Part shown: in pieces, positions 12,170 through 23,032 of the stretch
Layout: every line of letters begins with the position of its first letter
Numbering within the stretch: position 1 is the stretch's first letter
NCBI GenBank assembly: GCA_905178155.1
Contig: CAJINV010000011.1
Location: 3,239,380-3,303,379, forward strand
Length of the DNA stretch: 64,000 nucleotides
Source: Amoebophrya sp. A120
Lineage: Eukaryota; Protista; Dinoflagellata
Direction of reading: 5' to 3'
Made by a program: the position numbers and the translations under genes
Notes under the pieces: model-generated
What the model saw: only the letters and a program-made list of their open reading frames with translations
The model's database searches: none
What the model was told of the DNA's origin: nothing

Positions 12170-12418
12170 CTTGCCAACTGCCGTATTGACAACCAATCAC
12201 CCAGCCCGCCTTCGCAATACAATATTGCCAACGCCCCTCTCTTTCCCTTCAACCCGCGCAACAACACTACTGCTGGGCACGCTTTCACGCCCGTCGGCGC
12301 CGCGCGCGGGCGCCCCGCCCAGTGCGGTTGCGGCCCCCCGGGAGGACGAGCGGACCACTCCCAGAACAGTCACCAACGAGGGGACCGGCCAGCCGCCCAA
12401 CAGAAGCAGGCAGTGCAA

Positions 12419-13450
12419 TGGTTAGGTCCGTGGTGAGGCCCGCGGGCGCAATAGCTGTGCCCAACACACACAAGCCCCGCACTGGTTAGGTCCGTGCTGA
12501 GGCCCGCAGGCACAATAGCTGCAGTTCCCCCACCCCTTCGCGATAGCGGACCAGCGGGCAACCCACAACACTCCCCCCCCCCCAACCACCCATGCGGGCG
12601 GGGCCCGAAAGCCGGGCGCGCCGCAAGTGGGCGGCCCCTTGCGTGCCCGCGGCGAAAAACGGGCGGAGTCGGCCAGCAAGGCAGCAACCATCCAAACGAA
12701 CAGGACATCCAAACGAACAGGACAATGGGCCCCCCCCAAACTTTCCCCTTTCAGGCAGGTAACTAAGAAGGCGGAGGCCCGTTCCGGACCTGATACGGCG
12801 GAAGTGGGGGCCCCCTTCGGGCGGGGGCGGCAGGGAGGCGGGGCCCCCTTGTGGGCAAGAAGGGCCGCGGGGGCCCCCCGCGGGAGGGCAGGAGGCCGCT
12901 TTCGGCCGGCAGCCCGCAGGAGGCGGGGGGGCCTCCTGCGCGCAAGCAAGGAGGCGGGGGCTCCCTGCACGAGCGGTACCCAGCGGCCGGAAGGGCGGGA
13001 GCCGGGGGGCCTCCCTGGAGGCGGACCCCCAAAGGGCGAAAGGGTGTGAGGGGGGACGGGCAAGGAGGCGTCGGCCCCCTGCGCGTGAGCGGTGAAAGAA
13101 GGAAGCGGGGGCCCCCTGTAGGCGGGATACCCCCTGCGGGCGGGGGGGGGGCGGGAGCCGGGGAAGGGGGCCCCCCTGCAGGGGCGCGGGGAGTGAAAGA
13201 AGGAGGCAGGGGCCCCCCTGCAGGCGCGGTACCAGCGGTCGGCGCCCCGCGATGCCCAGCGGGCGAAAGGTTGTGCGGGGGGGCGATCAAGGAGGCGGGG
13301 GCCCCCTGTATAGTGGGCAGTGAAAGACGGAGGCGGGGCCCTCCCTGCGGGCGGGAGGGCGGGAGCCGGGGACGGGGGCCCCCCTGTGGGGAGGCTACCG
13401 AGCGGGCGAGAGGCGGGAGGGCGGGGGCCCCCTGTTTTCCCCGAGGGTAT
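12419..13450. repeat. Very GC-rich degenerate repeat tract
   Basis: ~64-nt period duplication tggttaggtccgtg.tgaggcccgc.ggc.caatagctg, catccaaacgaacagga x2, then many ggggcccccc(t) units; ORFs here are low-complexity P/G/R/A. Confidence 0.7.
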
Positions 13451-13578
13451 GCTCGACGCTAAAAGTCTAACCTTCACCGTGCCATCGTGTTTAAAAATCT
13501 GGGCCTCAGCACGTACCGGTCTCTAAAAAATACATACATAAAACCGCAGTTACGTAGCCCTAATCTAGCAGAAAGACC

Positions 13579-15352
13579 ATGGCGCTCCAAACGCTTGCCG
13601 CCCTTCTGGAAACACCCGGACCCGGCGATGAAGTTCTGGGCTTCCTGCACGGCGCCGAGGTGGCCGCCCTTGCGTGCGTCTCCGCGGAGACGCGGAAAGC
13701 GGTGTCGCGGGAGCAGGATGGCAAACTGCGGTGCGCGAACTTGGTGATCCGCTTTAAATGCCGCAAGAGGAAGGACCACGGAATCGATCTGTGGGCCCAG
13801 CGCCGCGACCTGGCTCACGTGTTCGCGCTATCCAATGCAAATATGTCTGGGTCGTCTGGAAGGCTGCAACTTGTCATGCAAAGCCTGGATCGTGCAAAAA
13901 TCTGTGTTGCGTGATAGCCAAAAGTTGTGGTCCAAGTTGCGCGGGCGCTTCTCATGCAGGGTAGGCATGAAAGAGATATCGCAGAATTTGTCATGCTGTG
14001 TCCTTGATTCCAGCACTCGTGGGTCATGGAGAACTGGCATGACAAACACACTTGGATTTTTTTGTTCCAGACCCAGATTTTGCAATGCATACGTGCGTGT
14101 GGATGTTGCCGCGGTCAAGTCCCTCCTCGTCGAGTTCCGTGCAGACACGGGCGCGGACGCCGACCGTGTTTACGTCGACCGCGTATTGGACCAAGTGCAG
14201 TCACTGATGGGCCCGGAACTCCGACAGTTTGGCTTGATGGCCCCGCAGTTGGGCGCACCGACCGACAATAACCGCCTAGAGTACCTCAGCGTGGTTCTTG
14301 CTAGCGACCGGGCCTTCAACCATTTCGCGCGTTCCCTGGTGTCGCTGTCGAAGCTCGAGACGCTTTTCATCCCCAGTGCGCTGGCCACGAGTCCCATAAA
14401 CTTCCCGCCCGGGGTAAAAACGCATCTGCCCAGGCTGAAAGCGCTGCACGTGGTCGACGCGTTTCATCTCGATGAGGTCAAGCCGGCTAGCTTAGTGTGT
14501 GCAATGCTCGGTCATCGGAACAACAACAGCAACAATTTGGAGGAGAACAAGGATGTGCCTCTTGCTGCCCCTTCGGGTTGTAGTTCCTCGGGTGTAGTCG
14601 CATCTGCTTCTGTCCCCGACAAAAGAACTACCCGTCTTGCAGTTTTTTCCTGCCGGGAATTGGACTGCGACGACATGGACGAAATGGGTACCTCTAACGA
14701 CGGCGAGGAGCCGACGACAACTGCGGGCGTTGAACTGTGGAGAGAGACCATTGCGCCGGGACTACAAAAACTTTCCTTAATCACAGATGACGAAGATGAC
14801 CTTCTGGATGCGGATTGGTTCTGGTCCTGCTGCAAAAATGTGCGGCACCTCGAAACAAGCTTCACAGGAGGCGACGAGTGGAAATGGGGGAAATACTTCC
14901 CCAACCTCGAGTCGCTGACCTTCACCCAACTGCGATACGATGGGCTAACCTGTGGATTTCGGAGACCGCTAGTGGGATTGATGCACGAATTCGAGTTTTC
15001 GCGCCAGCGGCTCGTCTTTTGCGATTCGGAACTATCCGCGGTCGAGCTGGCGATGCTAACAGCCGCATGGAGCAAAACGTCAGTGCGCGGGCGGGGTGGG
15101 GGCAGCTCTGGACGGAAGGAGGGTAATGGAAGAGTGGTCGGACAACAAGAAGTTCTTGAGCAATCTTCTCAGACGAGGGCATCACAATCTTCTGAAACTA
15201 CTGCACCGCCGCCTCTGGTCCTCGATGCTACATCTTCGCGTCTCCTCGAGATGCTGCATGCGGATATTAACCAAAGGACCTTCAAAATCACGACCGGACC
15301 GCCGCTTTGCCCCATGACGCAGACGGAAGTTGCGGCGTATCGGCAAGCGTGA
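13579..15352 (+). CDS. F-box-like/LRR-like protein, tandem copy 6 (one introner)
   Basis: ORFs 13579-13914 and 13835-15352 join as ...DLAHVFAR|VDVAAVKSLLVE... after removing 268 nt, matching paralogues. Confidence 0.85.
13829..14091. mobile_element. Introner, family A
   Basis: tatccaatgcaaatatgtctgggtc ... ccagacccagattttgcaatgcata; DR cgcgc/cgtgc. Confidence 0.9.
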
Positions 15353-15845
15353 CTGGTGACACACGCGGGGGGTCGTAATGTCAAGCTCTGAGGAACTTGA
15401 ACTACATGCGGTCGTGAAGAATAAATCCAGGAGGAGATTGATACCAACCGGAGAATTCTTTCGTGCTCCACCTTCAGTGCGTCTCGCAACTCCGTGGTGA
15501 AGATATGTGACTGCGTCGCTTGACGTTAGGGGAAGGGAACTTTATTCCGCTTGGATTTGCGCCAACATCTTCTCGCCAGAGCTCGTTTGATTAGGAAGAA
15601 TTGCTGATGTTGGTTCTCGAGGACCGGTGGAACAGATTTTCCGGAACTGCGAATTGATAGTGTTCCGATTTAATAATACACCCTTTTCGGTGCGATGTTA
15701 GTCGGTAGAAGGTTGGCTCTACGAAATTTATCGTGTAAAAATTTCACCGATGTCAATCTTTTCAACGACAGGCTCTATCGGTAAGAACTCCACTAGAGAG
15801 GACGAACAAGCATTCGCAGATATAAGATAGCCATAAAGTACTCTC

Positions 15846-16457
15846 ATGTCTCTCGTTCTTTACCTCGTGCAGCACGGTTTGGCCGAGTCGGAGGATGTGA
15901 ATCCTGAGCGTCCGCTGAGCAAAGAAGGTACCGAGGAAACCGCCCTGCTCGCGGAATTTTTCGCGACAAAGGAAATAATCATCGGTAATGAAAATCAAAA
16001 TCTCACCCCGACCACCGCGACCTCACCTAGTACCGCCCCTCTCCAATTCTGGCACAGCGGGAAACTGCGAGCGCGACAGACCGCAGAGATTTTGGCAGAA
16101 AAGACCGCGGAGCGGAAGCTGGAAGCAGTTGTAGCGGAGAAGGACGGGTTGAACCCAAAGGATTCTGCGGATGCCTTTTTCGAGAACAATCTCCTGCCCC
16201 TCCTTGCCGGCGAAACAGAGCAGTCCTCTTCGGTTGTGATCTGCGGCCACCTCCCGTTCCTGCAGGAGCTCGCGGCCACCATGGTTAGTCATGGAGGAAC
16301 CACAGGGAGTAATGTTGGTGAACAAGCGTCGAGCGCACAAGTTCCGAAATTCTCGAACAGCTGCCTTTTTCGGTTTGATGGTAGCAAGGGGGAAGATAAA
16401 TTCAAACTTGCTTTTGCGGAGAATGTGTCGGAAATGCGGGCGGAGTTGGTCGGATGA
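15846..16457 (+). CDS. sixA: SixA-like phosphohistidine phosphatase (histidine phosphatase superfamily)
   Basis: LYLVQHG.AESEDVNPERPLSKEG, WHSGKLRARQTAEIL, GLNP, VICGHLPFL motifs; intronless. Confidence 0.85.
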   Translation: MSLVLYLVQHGLAESEDVNPERPLSKEGTEETALLAEFFATKEIIIGNENQNLTPTTATSPSTAPLQFWHSGKLRARQTAEILAEKTAERKLEAVVAEKDGLNPKDSADAFFENNLLPLLAGETEQSSSVVICGHLPFLQELAATMVSHGGTTGSNVGEQASSAQVPKFSNSCLFRFDGSKGEDKFKLAFAENVSEMRAELVG

Positions 16458-16882
16458 TTTATTGGTAGCTGATGGCAACGTAGAGTTGCTGTTTTTTTCC
16501 AATAAGAAGTTACTTACCTGTTCCGACCTCATTCGTATAGAAACTTAATTTCTTCTGCGCTCCAATTGATGTTTAAGTTTAATATTTCGGTGTCGTCGCT
16601 GCTTCCTTATCCTTCCCCATCGTGGTACTAGCGGATCACGTTGTACCGGAATCGTGTGTCGTCACTGTCGGGTTCTTGATGTACGTCGTACAAAGGGTGA
16701 AAATTCGCTTTTCGGCATAAACATAAAGACTTCGACGTGTGTACTAACGAGACACTAATTCTACATTTGTGTTTCATCCACTTAGCTTACCTGATTCATC
16801 TGGCGAATGACTGTATTCTCAAATTCAGATTTTTCAGCAACGCGAGAGGTTTTTTTTTTCGCAGACTGTTGAGCAAGAAAAA

Positions 16883-18813
16883 ATGAGTCAACGGCTCTCC
16901 AGCACTACAGGGCGTGCAACAGTAGTTCAGCCGTACCGGCGGATTCAGGCAGCAGCACCAGGGCCAAGGAAAAGCTACAAAGCTGCAGCTGTCGCCTCTA
17001 GAAGAACGTTATGCGGGTTTCTCGCTTCGCTGGTGCCGCCTTCGGCTGTACTTGATGCACATGCTGAATTTTTACCAGGAACTGCTGGCGCAGAAGTCTT
17101 GAATAAAAACGAGGATGTTATCCCAGCGTCGGCGGTCCTCGTCCCAACATCATCGGACGGAGGTTCATCCGCAGCACCGGAAGACATCACAGCGAGCCCG
17201 TTTCTCGCTTTTTCCGAGGTGACGCCAGAAGGAGCGACGTCAACGTTCGAGCAACTGGACATCAGGCAGGCAACATCGAGTGGGCGCAGTGCGGATGTCG
17301 AGGTGCCGACTTCATCATCCGCAGGAGAAAGAAACTATGACGCCGACGAGGAAGCGAAAAAAGTCGTGCTCGCCATCGACAGAATGACCACCGCACTGCG
17401 AGGAGGAGGAGAGGGTGTGGAAGCAGGAGGAACCACGCATGAAGTAAACGTCTCGACGACGGCAGAGGCTCCTCGCGAGCTGAGCGCGATCATGGAGCGC
17501 TACGCACCGTTGATACACGCCGAGTTGCACGACGCCGCCACTGATGCTGAGGAGCATGGTGAAGCTCCTTCTTTTCGTGCCGAAACTATTTTCAGCTTCA
17601 AAAGAATTATCGAAGTGAAAAATCCCCCCTCCTTATATCCAGATGAAAATTTGTGTTTGTGATGCTGGAATTCCGTACACAAATCTTCAGATCTGTCTTG
17701 CAGTAAAGGAGTGCATGCATATGCCGGGCCTGAATCGAGAGCCTTTGGCGTAGGCACCTAGCATGACAAATGTCTATGCTGCAAGCCCAACAGCATGACA
17801 AACCGCCTGCGCAATGCGGCGGACTTTCTGCGTTTGCCTTCTTTCAAGACAAACAGGATTTCTGGTTTTACAAATTTGCATCGCAAATCTTCAGATTGAT
17901 GCGTTTTTTATATGGGGAGCGCGGATTTTTCCTCACCATAGAAAATGCTGTGCTGACCAAGAGAAGTACAGCTACAGCCGGCGTCTGCCGGGCGGTAATC
18001 GGGTATTTCTCTTCCCCAGCCGAGATTACCGAGTGCAGAAACTGCCGCACTTTGAAGCCCGGGAACTTGAAGAGAAGCGTGCTGAGAGCGCTGCGGGAAG
18101 AACAGCGCGTCGAGAAGCAGATCCCGCCAGGAATGGTCATTTCTGCTTCATCGCCAGGTGTGCTGCCGCTGCCGGAAAGACAACTAGGAGAGCAGGGGGA
18201 GGGGAACCACGACATCAGCACGACGACAGCACGACTGGGCAAGAATTCCAATGCCTGTGCGGCAGACTCCGAGCAGTCCTGTGCCGGGCTCGTGCTGTCC
18301 CAGAGCGAACGGAAGTGCCGCAAGCAACGGCGGAGCGAGTGCTGCGCCTGGGTCCGGGAGGACGCACGGACGCTGCTGCAGGAATTTGAGGCGGTGGTGG
18401 AATTGGAAGAACATGATGAGCCGAAAGAAGAACGACCGTCGAGGAGTCGTGAAAAAAATCCGCTGCGTGTAGCGTTGAAGGAGTTGGAGGCGAAGTTCCA
18501 GCTACCGCTTTTCCGTTCAACTGGTCGTACTGCACGGGATGCTGTAGAAGTTCCGTCTACCACGACTTCACACTATACGAGGTCCCCCTCGAGCTTGTTT
18601 CCCACTACGTTGCACAACCTCGCACTGTTTTACGCCTTGGCCTCGAACGGGGCGCCAGGGCCGGCGGCGCGGCTGTTGCAGGAGGTGGCGGAGAAGCTTG
18701 TGGCGGGAAACAACGGTTTGAAAAGCAGCACGAAAAAAATCATCGCGCATCAGGTCCTGCTCGAGCTCGGAGAGGTGGCGCAGCTCCAGCTACAAGAGGC
18801 GCTGTTGGGGTGA
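16883..18813 (+). CDS. Hypothetical protein (two exons, one introner)
   Basis: ORFs 16883-17662 and 17770-18813 join in frame (FKRNAVLTKR) if the element plus 5 nt is removed. Confidence 0.6.
17608..17940. mobile_element. Introner, family B
   Basis: tatcgaagtgaaaaatcccccct ... ggatttttcctcaccata; DR degraded (agaat/gaaaa). Confidence 0.8.
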
Positions 18814-19422
18814 AAGTCGAAGTCTGCGGATTAGTGTCCTCTTTATCTGGGCCTGCAGAAGATGCCCATGAGGATAAATGGAAAAAAAATTATGAACGGC
18901 GCTTGATGAATTTTTGGGTGAATAGTTCTTGAAGCAGATGAAGCAACAAGGTTGCGCAGTGCTGTGAAATCTTGAATATGAGACCTTCTTGTACGGTGTT
19001 GGCACACGGACGCTGGGGCACCTCACACTCCCTGCAACTTCACAGACGAGGTCGCGACGCGCGGCGTTTTTCGTGTGTGTCAGTTTGGCTGTGCCCGTCG
19101 AAATTTGTATTCATCGAGCTGCGTTGTACGGGCCACCCCCGGAAGATCCACAGAAGTTTTTTTTAAACAATCTGCACACGACTTCTTGGCAGCTTCATAG
19201 CCGAGGTTTTTGATATATTACGATCCCCGACCAACATCTACGCTTTAAGTTTCTGTGGGAAGCCAATACTAGACAAACGTAAGTACTAGTACTTAAGGGA
19301 ACATCACACGGGTCGTATCTACTCACTGTTACAGACTCTCACGAAGATCACGAAGGAACTTCTTTACTTCTTTTTGTCGAATGCGTGCGTTTGCAAATAC
19401 ATAATATCGTAGCAAAACCATC

Positions 19423-22305
19423 ATGCGGACGTTTCATCTTCCCGCAGCGCTGGGGGAACGGCAGTTCCTGGCGGCTCCTGGCGCTCGAAGAACAAGTGCT
19501 AGCCCGCGGCGTCCTCCAAGCAGCTTGTTTGCACAGCTCACTTTCGCTCTATTTCTCCTGCCTGGAAGCTTGGTTCTTCCGCAAGCCCGCGGCCGCACGC
19601 AAACGATTTTGAAGTGGAAGCAGCTGCTGCGGGGACGGTGTTTGGACGGGTCAGCGTCGGGCTACTACGTAGAACAGGAGCCGGACCCCGTGCTACTCAA
19701 GCAAAAGCTGGAAAACGGCGTCTTGATCGACTTCCAAGGCGGAGGCTGGTGCTACGGGGACACGAGAGAAGCGACGATCGCAGACTGTCAGAAAAGAGCA
19801 AAAACACGGTTGGATTTTTTAAGACATAGTTCTGTTTTATTTGCCATTCTGAAGAGTTTGTCTCGAACTCGATTCATCGTTAATTGTGCACAAACGTGTT
19901 TCTTTCGAAATCAATTTACGACCTCAAAGTGTTGTCGCTGAGTGCAGCCTTGCACTTCTGTCGCATCACAGATTCGCATAAAATTAAAACGTGGTCGACT
20001 TGAAATATATCACTCCAGGCTCGGTTCCTCGTCGACGTACCCGAAAAAAATGTACCGGCCCGCGTGGCGAGATCGCATGGCAGCGCCGTTTCTGCACATC
20101 TTCGTTCCTTACTGCGACGGTACAAGCTTTTCTGGCAACGCTGTCGTCGCCGGATTGCACTTCGAAGGCGCCACCATTCTCCGCGAACTGATGAAGTCAA
20201 TCTCGGTGGTATCTATAGATACTTCTAGGTGCCTTTATTCTATCTATCTTCGAGTTGTATCGTGCTCTTTTTCTCTCGGAAAAAAGAAAGAGCTTCTGTT
20301 GCGTTGTACTTCTGTATGATAGAAGAAAATAAACCTGAGCGTCGCTTTAGAAACATCATAAACTATTTCCAGATGCTTTTTTCCGCGGCGACGGATCCTT
20401 TCTACATTGGTCCGCACGGCCGGATCATCTTGACCGGCGGGTCTGCGGGCGCCAGCGCGGTCTTCTACCACGCAGACACCATGGCGCACTGGTTTAAAGA
20501 AGTCGCGTATTGTGAGAAAAAATCCCCCCTCCCCATATCGAAAACGGAATTTGTGTTGCTGTATTTGAGTACACAAATCGACTTGTATTGATACAGGGCC
20601 ACGAGACGCAGTTGCTCCCTCGTTTGTAGGCAATTTGTCATGCTGTTTCCCGTTTCCAGTGAGTTGCTTCCTGTCATGCTGAAGACGCTAGGCTTTCCTA
20701 CGCCAGCGAGGACTACAGAACGCATCTCTTCCCTTCTAGCATGAAAAAAGGATTTGTGGTCACGAATCATGCTACACAAATCTACGGTTTGGTATGGGGA
20801 GGGGGGATTTTTCCTTTTGATATCGCGAAGTCGGTCACCAAAAACTACGAAGAGAAGCCGCGACTGCACGTCCTGGCGGCGCCGAACGCGGGGTATTTCT
20901 ATCAAAGGGAAAAAAGCCTCCACCCCATAACGGAAACGGAAGATGCGCGAATTTGTGATGCTGTATTTGAGTACACAAGTCAACTTGTATTGCTAGAAGG
21001 CCAAGAGACGAAGCTGAGGACTAAATTGTAGGTAATCTGTCATGTTGTTTCCCACTTCCAGTTGCCTCCTGTCATCCTGGAGCTGCAAGGCTTTTCCACG
21101 CTAGACAGCACTACAGTCCGCATCTTTTGCCTTCTAGCATCACAAAGCTGATTTGTGACCACAAATCTGCATCACAGATTTCCGTTTTGATATGGGGAGG
21201 GGGCATTTTTCATTGTAATAATTTCCTGAAGATGAACACCACCGAGGGGAGCCGCGACTTGTGGGGCAAGCAGATGACCGAGCTGTTCCGGTTGTCGAAT
21301 GGGTACAAAAGCTTGAACGAGAAGTGTCTGACGAAATTCAACAAAAACCCGGATAAGTGCCTGTACGAAGAGAACTACGGGGAGATGCTGCAGACGCAGT
21401 TTTTGATTCTGCAGTCGAAATACGACTACTCTGAGATCACTGCCACGCTGGATATCCACTGCGATCTGAACAAGTTGTGTGAAGATAAGGAGGAAGGAGA
21501 ACAAGAAGGCGATACTAGCAAAACAACTATCGACGCGGCCAAGAATGCTGAAAAGGAGAAGCAAAAATCCGAGGCAAACGTAAAAGCAGACATCAAAGAA
21601 GATGCAGTCCGAGTGGAGAAGCGAAAAACGGAGGCGGATGAGAATGCCGTTGTTCCATCCAGAAGTCCTGCTTCTTCTAAAGATCTCCAAAGCCAAAACT
21701 GCTGCACGAAAACGCAGCTCCAGGCTGTAAAGGACATGTGGGCGGAGCACTGGCGGAGGGGAGAAAAAATGTTCAAGCGGAACAACTACTTTTTGCTCGA
21801 CTGCGTCGTCCACGGCGTGTTTGGGTTGGCGGAAAACAACCGGCAAACGAACATCAACGGCGTCACCGCGGAGCAGGCCTTGTACAAGTTCGCGGTCTAT
21901 GAACTGCAAATATGTCTGGGCCTGGAAGGGCTTGTTATGCACATTTTGCATGATCCATGATGTCTGTGAAATATGCGCTAGCATCACAGATTTTGTGAGG
22001 GCTTCCTGATGCCTATACCGCATGACAAATGCCCTCTCTGCGTAACAAAAACTGGACGCCTCTTGCGGCTTTCGCAATACAGATTTTCCTAGAATCCAAA
22101 GACAGACATTTTTGCAGTGCATACGGTGAAGGGCGAGCGCGTCATGCTTTTCGACCACCGGAGCTGGGAATTGGGTGCCAAGGATAAGTACTGCGCACGG
22201 GCCGAAGAGGTTACCGAATTATACGGGGAGCAAGTACTAGGCATGATTCCAGAGGACTTCGGAGAGGAGGTCACGGAAGGCAACGGGCCGGAGATATTTG
22301 TGTGA
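19423..22305 (+). CDS. Pectin acetylesterase / Notum family hydrolase (2 GT-AG introns plus 3 introners)
   Basis: [37 protein letters not shown] (GxSxG), AGYF, ILQSKYD, DCVVHG motifs in order. Confidence 0.85.
20508..20822. mobile_element. Introner, family B
   Basis: tattgtgagaaaaaatccccc ... gggggatttttccttttgata; DR tcgcg/tcgcg. Confidence 0.92.
20900..21220. mobile_element. Introner, family B
   Basis: tatcaaagggaaaaaagcc ... ggcatttttcattgtaata; DR atttc/atttc. Confidence 0.92.
21898..22123. mobile_element. Introner, family A
   Basis: tatgaactgcaaatatgtctg ... cagacatttttgcagtgcata; DR cggtc/cggtg. Confidence 0.9.
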
Positions 22306-23032
22306 TCCTAGTTAGTACGAACTTACAGCCGTCATACTAAATATTTTTCATCCAGAGGACACGACCCCCTGCTCAATGATTTCCCAGTTTTTCTACGGTT
22401 TGATTGAAATTCAAATATAAACATCACGGAGCTCCTCACCACGGTCGTGCGCTGTCTTGAGAAGATACTTTTGTTGGTCGTTTTTGCAGCTTGTTAAAAA
22501 CTGTTCGTTCCTTTTTGCGTCATGAAATGAACCAAGTTCACAAACATCATAGAAGAACGGTTTCCGACTACAAGCTGAAACAAAGCTTTCACGTCACCGA
22601 TTGCTCGCGATGCAGCGGAGTTGTAATTCGCGCAAAACTAAGTAACCTGTTAAGATGCGTTGCCTGCTATACTCTACTTCACAGCATTTTGATACGTGCC
22701 GTGTTACAGCCGAACGAGAAGCTGCTAGCCAACGAGAAAGAGTGAAAAGCGAAACCCCTTGCAAACGCACCCTGAATTCTATTTCCTAGTGTTTCCTGCT
22801 GGAAATGACTTTAGCCCAAATCATTGGCCTGAAGATGCCGGACGAGTTAGAAAATAAATCAAAGTCAAAGTGCCGAAAAATAGAGCCAGCGATTTTATTT
22901 CTTGCAATCGCACACAGCACGATTAGACGTTTGAAAACAATCGTAGAGACCGAGCAGCAACAGAAGAAGTTCAATCAAGTTTACTTTCCCCAGCCTTTTT
23001 CATCGTGTGCGTTTTTCTCAATCAGCAAAGAC

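Noticed and set aside
12422-13477. 351-aa and other Pro/Gly/Arg-rich ORFs on both strands
   Set aside because: Artefacts of extreme GC content and repeats; no recognisable domain
21172-22158. Long minus-strand ORFs (also 35551-36495, 39443-40393, 49676-50434)
   Set aside because: Antisense shadows of + strand coding exons with biased codon usage
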